Below, one piece after another: positions 10,226 through 20,441 of a DNA stretch of 64,000 nt (position 1 is its first letter; every line of letters starts with the position of its first letter). The notes under the pieces were generated by a model. The model ran no database searches, was not told the DNA's origin, and worked only from the letters and a program-made list of their open reading frames with translations. The position numbers were made by a program, and so were the translations under genes. This DNA is from Nitrosopumilaceae archaeon (GTDB lineage: Archaea > Thermoproteota > Nitrososphaeria > Nitrososphaerales > Nitrosopumilaceae), in contig CBDBCR010000001.1 of assembly GCA_965203465.1 (NCBI GenBank), positions 1 to 64,000 of the forward strand, in the 5' to 3' direction.

Positions 10226-11289
10226 AGCGTGCGGCCCAGGTCCTCGAGCAGGCGCTTCTGTCCGCGGTCCAGCTTGCGCGGCACCTCGACGACCATCCGC
10301 ACGAACAGGTCGCCGCGGTGCCCGTACCCCTGCACCGGCAGCCCCCTGCCGCGCAGCTTTTTGATGTCGTTGGGCTGCGTGCCCGCCTCCACCCGGACCC
10401 TTTCGGATCCCTCCAGCGTCGGCACCACCGCCTCGGAGCCGAGCGCGGCCTCGGCCAGGTTTATGCGGTGGTCGTAGAACAGGTCCGCGCCGTCGTACTT
10501 GAACGTCCCGTGCGGCGCGACCGAGACGTCCACTATCAGGTCGCCCGGCTCGCCGTCGCGCACGTGCTGCCCCTGCCCGCCGATCCTGTAGCGGCCGGTC
10601 TGCGTGCCGGGCGGAAGCTCGAACGACAGCTCGCGCTGGCCCTTGGCGGTGCCGCCCCCCCGGCACTTGCCGCACGGATCCTCGACGGTCTGCCCCTCGC
10701 CGCCGCAGCGGCGGCACGGCGAGGCCGTTATGAACGAGGCCGGCCCCATCCTGCGCCGCTGCTGCACCTGCCCGCGCCCGCCGCAGTCGGGGCAGCGCCG
10801 GCGGGACGTCCCCGGCCTGCACCCGCTGCCCGAGCACTCGGGGCAGGGCACGTCGGTCCTGATCCGCTCGCTCACGCGCTTGCCGCGCAGCACGTCCTCG
10901 AGGGTGATCTGCGCGCGGTACAGCAGGTCCTGGCCCTTGCGGCCGCGCCTGCCCCCGTACCCGAAAAAGCTCTCGAATATCGAGTCGAAGCCGCCCTCGC
11001 CGAACATGTCCGAAAAGTTGCCCCCGCGGAAGATGTCCTCCTGCGAGTAGCGCCCGCCTATGCCCTGGTGGCCGTACTGGTCGTACAGGCCGCGCTTTTC
11101 GGGATCGGACAGGACCGCGTACGCCTCGGATATCTCCTTAAAGTGCTCGGCCGCCTCGGCCGACTTGTTGCGGTCGGGGTGGAACTTTAGGGCCAGCTTG
11201 CGGTACTGCGACTTTACCTCCTGGGCCGGGGCGCCCTTTTGCACGCCGAGCACCTCGTAATAGTCGCGCTTTGAGCTCACGGCCGGCAC
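10222..11289 (-). CDS. dnaJ: Chaperone DnaJ
   Basis: J domain with HPD; CxxCxGxG repeats; start may be GTG at 11280. Confidence 0.95.
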   Translation of the reverse strand: MPAVSSKRDYYEVLGVQKGAPAQEVKSQYRKLALKFHPDRNKSAEAAEHFKEISEAYAVLSDPEKRGLYDQYGHQGIGGRYSQEDIFRGGNFSDMFGEGGFDSIFESFFGYGGRRGRKGQDLLYRAQITLEDVLRGKRVSERIRTDVPCPECSGSGCRPGTSRRRCPDCGGRGQVQQRRRMGPASFITASPCRRCGGEGQTVEDPCGKCRGGGTAKGQRELSFELPPGTQTGRYRIGGQGQHVRDGEPGDLIVDVSVAPHGTFKYDGADLFYDHRINLAEAALGSEAVVPTLEGSERVRVEAGTQPNDIKKLRGRGLPVQGYGHRGDLFVRMVVEVPRKLDRGQKRLLEDLGRTL

Positions 11290-11302
11290 GCCCGCCCCAT
11301 GC

Positions 11303-13210
11303 CTAATTTGTCTTGCCGCCGGGCTGCTCTTCCCGCTCCGGCTCCGCCGGGCCCGCTTCCTGGCCCGGCTGCCCCGGCTCTGGGCCCGGCTGCCCCGGCT
11401 CTGGGCCCGGCTGCCCCTCGGTCCCGGCGCCCGCGTCCTGGCCGGGCGGCGGCGCGTTCTTGTAGATCTCGACTGTCACCTCGTTGACCAGTTTCTGGAG
11501 CGCCTCGAGCTTTGCGCGCAGCTCGGGGGCCCCCTTGTCCATGGACTCGCGCACCTCGCGCATGGCGTCGGTTATCTTTATGCCCTGCTCCTGCGAGACC
11601 TTGTCCTTTAGCGTGTCGGCCAGGAGCTTTTCGGTGGTGTAGATGTAGCTCTCCGCCTCGTTCTTGGTCTCGACCGCCTCCTTTTTCTTCCTGTCCTCCT
11701 CGGAGAACTTTTCGGCGTCCTGCTTTAGCTTTTCGATCTCGTCGGGCGAGAGCTTGGAGGTGGACTCGATCGTTATCTTTGCGTCCTTTTTGGTGGCCGT
11801 GTCCGTCGCGGTCACGTTGATGATGCCGTTGGCGTCTATGTCGAACTTTACCTCGATCTGCGGCACGCCGCGCGGCGCCGGCGGCAGCTCGTTGAGGTTG
11901 AAGCTGCCCAGCGAGACGTTGTCGGCGGCCATCGGCCGCTCGCCCTGCACCACGTGTATGGTCACCGACGTCTGGTTGTCGGCCGCGGTGGTGAATACCT
12001 TGCCCTTGGAGGTCGGTATCGTGGTGTTGCGCTCTATGAGGGTCTCGCGCACGCCGCCGAGCACCTCGATGCCCAGCGTCAAAGGCGTGACGTCCAGCAA
12101 TACGATGTCGCTCTCGACGTCGCCGGCGATGATGCCCGCCTGTATGGCGGCCCCCATGGCGACGGCCTCCATCGGGTCCACGCCCGACTCGGCCTCGCGG
12201 CCCATCATCCCGCCGACGAACTTGCGCACCAGCGGTATGCGCGTGGGCCCGCCTACTAGCACCACGCGGTCTATTCCCTGGGCCGACAGCTTTGCGTCGG
12301 ACAGCGACTTTTCGACCGACGGGCGGCATTTTTCGACCACCGGCCCTATCAATTCTTCCAGCTTTGCGCGCGTCAGGCGCAGCTCGAGGTTCTTGGCGCC
12401 CGACGACGGATCGTGCGCGATGAACGGCAGGTTGATGTCCGTCTCCATGACGCTGGACAGCTCTATCTTTGCCTTTTCGGCGGCCTCGCGGATGCGCGTC
12501 ATGGCCGTCGAATCGGGTGAAAGATCCACGCCCTCTTTCTTTCTGAACTCGTCGAGCACGTATTCCACGAGCGCCTGGTCCATGTCGGTGCCGCCAAGCT
12601 TGGTGTCCCCCGAGGTGCTCATCACCTCGAACACCCCGCCGCCCATCTCCATGATGGTCACGTCGAGGGTGCCCCCGCCAAAGTCGAACACCATTATCTT
12701 CATGTCCTGCTTGGACTTGTCCAGGCCGAAGGCCAGCGAGGCGGCGGTCGGCTCGTTGATTATGCGGACCACGTCGAGGCCGGCTATGGTCCCGGCGTCC
12801 TTTGTGGCCTGGCGCTGGTTGTCGTCGAAATAGGCCGGCACGGTGATGACGGCCTTTTCGACCCTGTCGCCGGTGAACGACTCTGCGTCCTTTTTGATCT
12901 TTTGGAGGATGAACGCCGATATCTGCTGGGGCTTGTACTGCTTGCCTTGCACGGAAAACTCGTGGTCGGTGCCCATCTTGCGCTTGGCCGCCGCTATCGT
13001 GTTGTCCGGGTTGGTCACCGCCTGGCGCCGGGCCGGCTCGCCGACCAGCAGGTCGCCGTCCTTTGAGAACGCCACTATGGATGGGAACGCCTTGCCGCCC
13101 ACCGAGGCGCCCTCGGCCGCCGCTATGATCGTGGGCTTGCCGCCCATCATCACGGCCGCCGCCGAGTTGCTAGTGCCCAGGTCAATGCCGATAACTTTAG
13201 CCATAGTCAT
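11303..13210 (-). CDS. dnaK: Chaperone DnaK
   Basis: [30 protein letters not shown]. Confidence 0.98.
   Translation of the reverse strand: MTMAKVIGIDLGTSNSAAAVMMGGKPTIIAAAEGASVGGKAFPSIVAFSKDGDLLVGEPARRQAVTNPDNTIAAAKRKMGTDHEFSVQGKQYKPQQISAFILQKIKKDAESFTGDRVEKAVITVPAYFDDNQRQATKDAGTIAGLDVVRIINEPTAASLAFGLDKSKQDMKIMVFDFGGGTLDVTIMEMGGGVFEVMSTSGDTKLGGTDMDQALVEYVLDEFRKKEGVDLSPDSTAMTRIREAAEKAKIELSSVMETDINLPFIAHDPSSGAKNLELRLTRAKLEELIGPVVEKCRPSVEKSLSDAKLSAQGIDRVVLVGGPTRIPLVRKFVGGMMGREAESGVDPMEAVAMGAAIQAGIIAGDVESDIVLLDVTPLTLGIEVLGGVRETLIERNTTIPTSKGKVFTTAADNQTSVTIHVVQGERPMAADNVSLGSFNLNELPPAPRGVPQIEVKFDIDANGIINVTATDTATKKDAKITIESTSKLSPDEIEKLKQDAEKFSEEDRKKKEAVETKNEAESYIYTTEKLLADTLKDKVSQEQGIKITDAMREVRESMDKGAPELRAKLEALQKLVNEVTVEIYKNAPPPGQDAGAGTEGQPGPEPGQPGPEPGQPGQEAGPAEPEREEQPGGKTN
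11362..11417. repeat. 21-bp tandem repeat (~2.6 copies) in the DnaK tail (GQPGPEP)
   Basis: Unit GGGCCCGGCTGCCCCGGCTCT read directly. Confidence 0.8.
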
Positions 13211-13719
13211 CCATCCTTGGTGGAGACGATGGCCAGCGTCGGCCTTATAATTCTATTACGGGAGCGGTACCCGCGGCGCACCTCCTCGACCACCGTGCCC
13301 TCGGGCACGTCGGGCCTCGGCGCCGACGAGACGGCCTCGTGCAGGTTCGGATCGAACGGCCCCCCGAGCGCCTCGATGGGCCGCACCCCGCGCCCCTCAA
13401 GCAGCGCGTCCAGGTTCTTCATCACCGAGTCCAGCCCGGCGGTGTCGACCCCCTCGGCGGAGTAGGCCTCGCGCGCACGCGCAAAGTCGTCGCGCACCCG
13501 CAACATGTCCGAGACGGCCGAATTGACGCCGTCCTCTACGCGCGCGCTTATCTGCGATTCGGTGCGCCGCTGCAGGTTGGCATAGTCTGCCAGAGCCCGC
13601 TTGAGCTTTTCCTCGCAGCCGTCCGGCCCTTCGGCCGGCCCGTCCAGCGGCTCGTCGCCGGCCCGCTCTTCGGCGGGCTCGGCCCGCTCTTGTGCCAGCT
13701 CCGTCGGCTCGTCGTCCAA
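13207..13719 (-). CDS. grpE: Nucleotide exchange factor GrpE
   Basis: [20 protein letters not shown]; TTG start inferred from AATAAAT box ~25 nt upstream. Confidence 0.92.
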   Translation of the reverse strand: MDDEPTELAQERAEPAEERAGDEPLDGPAEGPDGCEEKLKRALADYANLQRRTESQISARVEDGVNSAVSDMLRVRDDFARAREAYSAEGVDTAGLDSVMKNLDALLEGRGVRPIEALGGPFDPNLHEAVSSAPRPDVPEGTVVEEVRRGYRSRNRIIRPTLAIVSTKDG

Positions 13720-13957
13720 CGCGCGCGGGCCCGGGCGTTCCAGATTTATTCCTATCAGCGCCCCGTCCGTCAAGGCCGCGCCCGGACAGCTTTGGCGTGC
13801 GGCGCCGGGCCTGTGCGCCGGGGGGCGGCGTGCCCGGTCGCTCGGGGGACGCGGCCGGCGGCGATTCAGTCCGGGCGGCGTTGATCTAGTCGCCGTCGTG
13901 CATGTCGGCGATCGGCCGCGTGATCAAGTTATTATGGCCCGTCGTGGTGTACATGGC

Positions 13958-14308
13958 GTGGCCGCCGTTGAAAAGCTGGAAATGGTCCGGGGCGCGGATC
14001 TGTCCGCGTACGAGGTTTCGTATTCGGAGGCAGGCCTGCGGGTTAGGCGCCGCCCCGGGCAGGAACGGGACGGCCTGCCGGAGCAGCTTGACAGCTACGT
14101 GGTGGACGTGTCGAGAGACGGGGACGGGCGCTACGTATGCACGGTTCCCGCGCTACCGGGAGCGATCAGCGACGGCGAGACAAAAGGCGCCGCGCTGGAC
14201 AACGTAGCCGAAGCCATAGAGGCCATGCACGAGGCCGCGGGAATAAAGAAAGAGTTTGTCGTGTTTAGCGTAAACGAGTACATGCACGACAATGGCCAAA
14301 TTTCCTAG
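13958..14308 (+). CDS. hicB: HicB-family antitoxin (start uncertain)
   Basis: YVCTVPALPGAISDGETKGAALDNVAEAI. Confidence 0.8.
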   Translation: MAAVEKLEMVRGADLSAYEVSYSEAGLRVRRRPGQERDGLPEQLDSYVVDVSRDGDGRYVCTVPALPGAISDGETKGAALDNVAEAIEAMHEAAGIKKEFVVFSVNEYMHDNGQIS

Positions 14309-14531
14309 ACCGTCGTCTGAAGAACTGATTCGGTTCTTGAATACTAGAGGGTACGTTCAAGCTCACGTGCGGGGCGATCACGTGATTCTGAAAAAAGACG
14401 CGCGCAGGATGCTCTCGGTCACGAAAAGAAAGGAAATGGGGCGGGGGGGTTTGCTGGCGATACTGCGACAGGCAGATCCCCAAGCTTATTCTTTGAATGG
14501 AAAAGCGCCAAAAACCCGCGGCGGGCGCTGA
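14292..14531 (+). CDS. hicA: HicA-family toxin
   Basis: ELIRFLNTRGY...RGDHVILK...GLLAILRQA; overlaps hicB. Confidence 0.8.
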   Translation: MAKFPRPSSEELIRFLNTRGYVQAHVRGDHVILKKDARRMLSVTKRKEMGRGGLLAILRQADPQAYSLNGKAPKTRGGR

Positions 14532-14643
14532 ATCCGTAGGCAAGGCTCCGTTTGCGCCGCTCGCGTGCGGATCGGCCGCCCCGCCGCCAACCTCGGAGCG
14601 TCGAGTCCGAACTCACTCGCGGCCTAGAACGTGCCCTTTTGTC

Positions 14644-14801
14644 GGACGCGCGCAATTTGCGTCTGCTGGCCGTCTGCTAGCCATTGGCCACCGCAACCTT
14701 CATCCCGCCGTGCACAATCCCGTGCGCGGCGGAGGGGCGATTCGGCCTCTCCGCGGCTGGCCCGGGCGGGCGTTCCCGGCAGACGCAAATTGCGCGCGTC
14801 C
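14644..14801. repeat. 158-bp element bounded by a perfect 23-bp inverted repeat (MITE-like or structured RNA)
   Basis: GGACGCGCGCAATTTGCGTCTGC at 14644-14666 and its reverse complement at 14779-14801; no TSD seen. Confidence 0.8.
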
Positions 14802-15087
14802 TACCTGTGTCTGCACCAGGCCAAGTATGCACTCACCCCCTCCGTCCGGCGCGGCCAGGTGGCGGCAGCTGCCCAGCCTCCGTCCCGGGCGGCCTCGACA
14901 GCCAAGAGGCGGGCGAATCGAATACCGACCAGTCGCGCGGCGCCGGCGGCGACGCTGTTCGCGCCGGATCCGGGCCGCCGGACGCGCATCGGCAGCCCGT
15001 GCCGGGCTCAGTCAGGTATATAGGCAAGACGGGCGCGGGCGGCAAAGGGGATGAGGTCGACTGAGTGAACAGGCCGTTGCAGACAGA

Positions 15088-15453
15088 ATGTCCGCATTGG
15101 AGAAAACTGTGGAACGCCAAGGGGACGCCATAGAGGAATTGAAGCTCCGGCTCCACTCCGGATCCTCTGAGCGTCTGGACGGCGTCGTAGAATACGTAGA
15201 AAACGCGTTCAGGGAACTGGATCACGTGGTTCAAGTTCGCTATCTGATCCTGCGTGACGGAACGTGGCACCTAGTCGTGGTCCACGACATGGAGGACGAC
15301 GGTCTGGCGCTGGACACGATCTGCGAAAAGTCCATCCAAGTCGAGGACGCGTTCCACGTAGACGTTGAACCCATGGTGTTGCACGAGGACGAGGTCCTCG
15401 ACGAGCACCTTGCCGGCACTAGGCTTGTTTTTTCAAGGACAGATCAAAAATGA
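15088..15453 (+). CDS. Acidic protein, possibly degenerate MNT-fold antitoxin
   Basis: ATGA-coupled to HEPN gene; size and pattern resemble MNT but GS/DxD motif absent. Confidence 0.5.
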   Translation: MSALEKTVERQGDAIEELKLRLHSGSSERLDGVVEYVENAFRELDHVVQVRYLILRDGTWHLVVVHDMEDDGLALDTICEKSIQVEDAFHVDVEPMVLHEDEVLDEHLAGTRLVFSRTDQK

Positions 15454-15792
15454 GCTGGCATGCAAGGCAAAGCGCCCACAACCAAGGCGCGCAACGGTAC
15501 CTGTCAGAGTCCTCGCAGTATATGGACTGGGAAATCACGGCCCTGTTCTACTCTGTCGTCCACGTCATAGACGAATACTTGGCATCGATTGGCAAAAAGC
15601 CGCACAGCCACGACGAGCGCAGAACCTTGGTTAGGGAGAATCTCCGGCACATCTATCGAGACTATCGTTCGCTATACATCCTTTGCAGAAAAGTTCGATA
15701 CACCATCGTGTTTGGCTCTAAAAAAGAAGCACAAACAGAAGGCCGTGCGCTTGCACAACTCCATATGCGCCAACATCCGTCCCCCGACATAG
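15450..15792 (+). CDS. HEPN-domain protein (probable +1 indel near 15720)
   Basis: DWEITALFYSVVH, PHSHDER, LCRKVRY; shifted frame gives KHKQKAVRLHNSI...PT-stop. Confidence 0.65.
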
Positions 15793-15877
15793 ATTACGCC
15801 GGAAAAGCCGGCGCCGCGCGGCCTCTTCGGGCGCCGCCTGGCCCGAATCCGGCGCCGCGCGCGCCGGATAGGCCCGC

Positions 15878-16984
15878 CTACGCCTCCGTCTCGCAGGCGG
15901 GGTTGGCCTTTATTATCACGAGGTTGGGCCCCCTCTCGCCCCTGACGCGCTCGTAGTCGCGGCGCGAGCAGGGCACCGCGAATACGACCCCCTCGGTGTG
16001 GAACTCGTCAAGGTCCTCGAGCATGTCCGCCTCGCCCATGCGGTCGCGCAGCTGGTCGAGCAGGAAGCGCAGCGCCGAGCGCCGGTCGCTCCGCATCTCG
16101 CGCTCGTCGTGCGTCCAGGCCACCGCCACGCGCACGCGGCGCGTCTTGAACTCGGGCTTGCGCGACAGGGACCGCACGGCGGCGGCGAGGCGCCGGACGT
16201 ACGCGTCGATGGCGCGCAGGCTACCGTTGGCCACGTACGTGATGACGCCGGGCGGCGGCGAGGCCGCGCGCAGCACCCGTAGGTCGTACACGCCCCCCAC
16301 CATGTCGTCCAAAAACAGGTCGCCGAAGCGCTCGAGGTCGCCGGGGGCGGCCTCGTACCGCACGTTGTAGGCGGTCTCGAGCGCCCCGGAGATCTTTGCG
16401 AATCTCTCCACTACGTCGAGCGCGTGCAGCGCCTCGGCCGACGGGAACGTGGCGAACCCCGGCCGGCCGCCGTCCTCGAGCAGCCCGGCCAGCGCCTCGT
16501 CGGGCAGGCCCTTTTCCGAGCCTACCGCCGGGGGGCCCGGCCCGAAGACGGGGCAGTAGTAGTAGCTCACCGACTTGCCTACCGGCAGCCCGGTGAGCCG
16601 CTCCATCACCGACATGTTCTCGCCGCTGTCCCCGATGCCGGCAGGCAGCATGTACACCAGCGAGCCGCCCCTCTTGACGGGCGAGGCGGCCGCCTTGAAG
16701 AGCGGGTAGGAATCCACGCCGGCCCCCGAGCTGTGCGGGCGCACGACGGGGGCGAAAAAGACGTAGCGCGCCCCCGACACGGCCAGATCCGCCGGCATCA
16801 TGGGCATGAGCGGCTCCTCCTCCTTGAGCGAGGCGATGTCGGGGTACCGGGCGGCCGCCTCTGCCCCCAGCTCCATGGCCACATGCGCGGCCTCGTCTAT
16901 CACCGAGACATCGGCCCCGCCGGCGGCCATCCGGCAGGCCAGCGAGTACCCCTCGGTGCTCATGCCGTATACCGCGACCTTCAC
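15878..16984 (-). CDS. Nucleotide-sugar dehydrogenase-like Rossmann-fold protein
   Basis: N-terminal KVAVYGMSTEGYSLA...GADVSVIDE. Confidence 0.6.
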   Translation of the reverse strand: MKVAVYGMSTEGYSLACRMAAGGADVSVIDEAAHVAMELGAEAAARYPDIASLKEEEPLMPMMPADLAVSGARYVFFAPVVRPHSSGAGVDSYPLFKAAASPVKRGGSLVYMLPAGIGDSGENMSVMERLTGLPVGKSVSYYYCPVFGPGPPAVGSEKGLPDEALAGLLEDGGRPGFATFPSAEALHALDVVERFAKISGALETAYNVRYEAAPGDLERFGDLFLDDMVGGVYDLRVLRAASPPPGVITYVANGSLRAIDAYVRRLAAAVRSLSRKPEFKTRRVRVAVAWTHDEREMRSDRRSALRFLLDQLRDRMGEADMLEDLDEFHTEGVVFAVPCSRRDYERVRGERGPNLVIIKANPACETEA

Positions 16985-17058
16985 CTGCCCCGCTCGGCGC
17001 CGGCTCGAAAAAAACCTAACTAAAGGATCATTAAGGCGCGGCTCCCCGCCGGGTGCGC

Positions 17059-17130
17059 AGCCCGGTGGTGTAGCGGCAAGCATTGGGGCCTTTGGAGCCC
17101 TCGACTCCAGTTCGAGTCTGGACCGGGCTA
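17059..17130 (+). tRNA. tRNA-Gln (TTG)
   Basis: AGCCCGG/CCGGGCT acceptor stem, anticodon loop CTTTGGA, GTTCGAGT T-loop. Confidence 0.95.
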
Positions 17131-17892
17131 TCACAGGTCCAGGCGCGTGATCAGCTTTGTGGCCAGCGCGAACAGCCCAGAGGCCATGGCCAGCAGGGCC
17201 AGCATCTCGTATATGGCCAGCGCGTCGACGGTCCCGAACAGCCCCGCCCTGATCACGTCCACCAGGTACGTCAGGGGGTTGAGGTAGAACGCGGTGGCCA
17301 GCGGCTCGGGGGCCCCCTGCGCGGGGTAGAACGCGGTGCTGACGAACGCGAAGAACAGAAACACCGTGTTGATTATCACGTTGAACCCCTCGCTGGAGCG
17401 CAGGCGCGTCGATATGATGGAGGCTATCGAGCCGAACAGCACCGAGCCGACCACGGCGGCGAATATTATGAGCGGCGCGGTCATCGGCTGCAGCTCCACC
17501 GAGCCGGCGAAGATCGGCGAGCCCACCAGGACTATGAGGAACGCGCTGGCCAGGCCCACTATGGCGATGGTGCATATGTTGCTCAGTATGTAGTGCGTGC
17601 GGGTGAACGGCCCGCACAGTATCTGCTCGAACATGCCGTGCCTGCGGTCGTTCCATATGATTATTCCCGAGACCAGGGTGCTGTTCATTATGTTGAAGCC
17701 TATCATGCCCGTCGCAAGAAAGGTGGGGTAGTCGAGGCGCGCGCCGCCAAGCTCTATCTCGGGTATCAGCGCCGAATACGCAAAGCCGGCCACAAAGATG
17801 TACACCAGCGGGAATATTATCTGCCAGATGAGGAACCCGGGGTTTAGCGATATGGTCAGGTTGCGGCTGACGAGCCTAGCTACGGGGTGCAT
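17131..17892 (-). CDS. ABC-2 type transporter permease
   Basis: About six TM segments, STAFYP, NPLTYLVDVIR. Confidence 0.9.
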   Translation of the reverse strand: MHPVARLVSRNLTISLNPGFLIWQIIFPLVYIFVAGFAYSALIPEIELGGARLDYPTFLATGMIGFNIMNSTLVSGIIIWNDRRHGMFEQILCGPFTRTHYILSNICTIAIVGLASAFLIVLVGSPIFAGSVELQPMTAPLIIFAAVVGSVLFGSIASIISTRLRSSEGFNVIINTVFLFFAFVSTAFYPAQGAPEPLATAFYLNPLTYLVDVIRAGLFGTVDALAIYEMLALLAMASGLFALATKLITRLDL

Positions 17893-18802
17893 CGTCCACC
17901 ATCCTGATGAATGCGTCCTCGAGGCTGGCCGGCGCCACGGCGATGTCCTCTATCTGGATCCCCTCGGCGGCCAGCGCCCGCAGCGCGCCGGACAGCATCC
18001 CCTCCGGCGAGTCCGACTTTATGGTCACGGTGCCCTCCCCCGCGTCGGTCAGGCAGCCGGGCATGCTCGCGCGCTCGAGCGAGCCGGGCGGGCCCGCCAC
18101 GCGTATGGTTATCGTCTTGAGGCCGCCGTACCTGCCGCGCAGCGACTCGGGGGTGTCCGTCGTCACGAGCCTGCCGCCGTTGACCACCGCTATCGTGTCG
18201 CACAGGTATTCGACCTCGCTGAGCACGTGCGTGGTGTACAGTATCGTCAGCCCGTCCGAGACGCGCCTGCGCAGGTAGTCCATGAGCCCCCTCCTCGCCT
18301 GCGGGTCCATGCCGACGGTCGGCTCGTCCAGGAACAAGAGATCCATGTCGTGCATGAACTCGCGGGCCACCTGCACCCTGCGGCGCTGCCCGATGGACAG
18401 GTCCTCGTTGCGCACCCTGCGCGCCCCCTCTAGGCCGAACTCGGAGATGAGATCCGAGGCCCGCCTGCGGCGCTCGGCGGCGGGCACGCCCCACATCATG
18501 CCGTACTTGTCCAGCGACTTTTCCACCGAGAGGGTCGGCTCGTAGCTGGGCTGCTGCAGGACCACCCCTATGCGGGAGCGCACGCGCAGCGGCTCGCGCA
18601 GCGCGTCGATGCCGAGCACCTCGAGCGAGCCCGACGAGGGCCGCAGCAGGGTGGTGAACATCTTGATGCAGGTGGACTTGCCGGCCCCGTTGGGGCCCAG
18701 AAACCCGAAGACCTGCCCGCACTCCACGTCCAGGTCCAGGCGGTCGACCGCCGCCTTTGGCCCGTACGACTTTGAGAGCGAACCGGCCCTGATGCACCGC
18801 AT
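17876..18802 (-). CDS. ABC transporter ATP-binding protein (DrrA-like)
   Basis: GPNGAGKS, LSIGQRRR, LFLDEPT, TTH. Confidence 0.93.
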   Translation of the reverse strand: MRCIRAGSLSKSYGPKAAVDRLDLDVECGQVFGFLGPNGAGKSTCIKMFTTLLRPSSGSLEVLGIDALREPLRVRSRIGVVLQQPSYEPTLSVEKSLDKYGMMWGVPAAERRRRASDLISEFGLEGARRVRNEDLSIGQRRRVQVAREFMHDMDLLFLDEPTVGMDPQARRGLMDYLRRRVSDGLTILYTTHVLSEVEYLCDTIAVVNGGRLVTTDTPESLRGRYGGLKTITIRVAGPPGSLERASMPGCLTDAGEGTVTIKSDSPEGMLSGALRALAAEGIQIEDIAVAPASLEDAFIRMVDDAPRS

Positions 18803-19001
18803 GCGCGCCGGCCCCCCGCCGCCCCCCTTAAAGCCTCGCCGGGCGCAGCATGCGCTCGCCCCCTCCGTCCGGCGCCCGGGGCTGACTGGCGCCTGCCCGT
18901 CCCGCGCGGTCTGGCAACGGCCGCCGGAGCCGGCCGCCGCCACGCCCGGATCTAAAGGCGCCGATCAAATTCTGTTGACGCTGCCTCGTGTCGACAACCG
19001 G

Positions 19002-19056
19002 CGTACGGGCAGGCCGCGGGCCGGAGTCTGTCGTACGGGCAGGCCGCGGGCCGGAG
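19002..19056. repeat. 25-bp direct duplication followed by a G10 run
   Basis: CGTACGGGCAGGCCGCGGGCCGGAG at 19002-19026 and 19032-19056. Confidence 0.85.
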
Positions 19057-19075
19057 GGGGGGGGGCGGCGGACAC

Positions 19076-19643
19076 TCACGTGTTTTCCGGATCTAGCAGA
19101 TTAAACGACATGCCTGCGAACTCAGGATCGCCATCCAAGTGTTTGAAAGAGCAGTCTGTCGTGTAGAAATCGGAACGCCCGCACGTCGCGCAAGATAAGC
19201 GTGCGCAACATCCGCAGGTCCGAGGCCTGAGTATTGGTAGCCTCTGGCTATAGATCTCATATGTACGGGTTGTCTGCGGATCTTGGACAGGATTTGTTTG
19301 TGATAGTCGTTCAAAAACAAATCCGGTTCGTATAATTCGAGTTGTCTGCGTTTTTCCAGTCTGAACAGGTGTTTTGTGAATGCTGCGCCGAGGTAGTCGT
19401 TTCTCAATGTAGCACTCGATTGAGCCTGTTTGCCTTCGAAGCTCCCATCCAGGGATTTGACAATTTTCCTTCGAAACACATGTGTGGCTTCTACAAGCAC
19501 CAAGATATGACTACAACTCTATTATTGTCTGAAGCCAGTCTGTCAAAAAGGCTGTCGGATAGCGCGGAAAACTTGTCGTTTTGCAGCATGTGGGCTACCC
19601 AAATGCCCGTGTCGTAATATTCGCGTCGGGCGTCAGATGGCAT
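19076..19643 (-). pseudogene. PIN/VapC toxin with two single-base deletions
   Basis: Three frames join as YYDTGIWVA...VLVEA...GPADVAHAYLA...DFYTTDCSF, the PIN acidic motifs. Confidence 0.75.
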
Positions 19644-20103
19644 TTCTAACAGATCGTACAATAGTCAAAGAATCCTCGCCCTTGTCCGCATAATCTGCCA
19701 GCAGCCCCTTTATGGTTTCCGGCACCTCTATGCCCTCGTCGATGTCCATCAGCTTCATCAGGCCGGGCAGTTTGTAGTTTGAATCGGAGCGCAGTGGCCC
19801 GTTCCGCCCGCCCGTGCGATCTTGCTTTCTGCCAAGATCCAGCAGCGCCGATTTCGTTTCGGCGCTCAGGCTCGAATCTCGTATTGCGCGGCGGAGGCCG
19901 GCCTCGTCCGCAGCTCCGCGGAGACTGTAGAGCACGCGCTCGGCTGACTGAAGCGCTGAATCGCCCAGAGTTGCGCCGGATGCTTTTTCAAGCCGGTCGC
20001 GCAGTAGCGCGTCCAGCTCGTCAAACGCACTGACGATAGTTCGGGTCTGCTCGCTTGACAGGCCTTCGAACACGGCCAGATCGCGGTTGGTTGCGGGCAT
20101 CAT
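19633..20103 (-). CDS. Putative VapB-like antitoxin
   Basis: Overlaps PIN start; C-terminal EDSLTIVRSVR resembles archaeal VapB tails. Confidence 0.55.
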   Translation of the reverse strand: MMPATNRDLAVFEGLSSEQTRTIVSAFDELDALLRDRLEKASGATLGDSALQSAERVLYSLRGAADEAGLRRAIRDSSLSAETKSALLDLGRKQDRTGGRNGPLRSDSNYKLPGLMKLMDIDEGIEVPETIKGLLADYADKGEDSLTIVRSVRNAI

Positions 20104-20441
20104 GCCATGGTTAAACGCCTGGCGCTAATAACCCTTCTGTGACCCCGAGTCAGTTGCCTAACCCCCGGCGGCGCGGGTCGCCTCGCGCCACATTGCGTCT
20201 TCCGTGCCTGCTTTTCGGGCGGAAAGCGCGGCCCAGCGTCGGTAATGGCCCTGCGTCCGTGGTTAGGCGACTGACGAGTGGCCCCCGGGGTATGCGCCCG
20301 CCCCCTCCAGACCGGTTGCGCCCGGCGGCCGGATCTCGCGCGCGGGCCCGTGCCTAGCGAAACGGAATTCGCGGCGGGAGCTGAGCGCATGCCCGGGCGC
20401 AAAGACGGAAATTTATTAAGAGACCGCGGGGGGGCCGCCCC

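Noticed and set aside
11362-11417. DnaK tail repeat as a functional novelty
   Set aside because: In-frame low-complexity expansion in a normally variable, disordered tail
17059-17130. tRNA-Gln or tRNA-Leu as integration sites
   Set aside because: No duplicated tRNA 3' end or integrase noticed; flanks are backbone genes
19002-19056. Mini-CRISPR
   Set aside because: Only two 25-bp copies with a 5-bp gap and no cas genes; simple duplication
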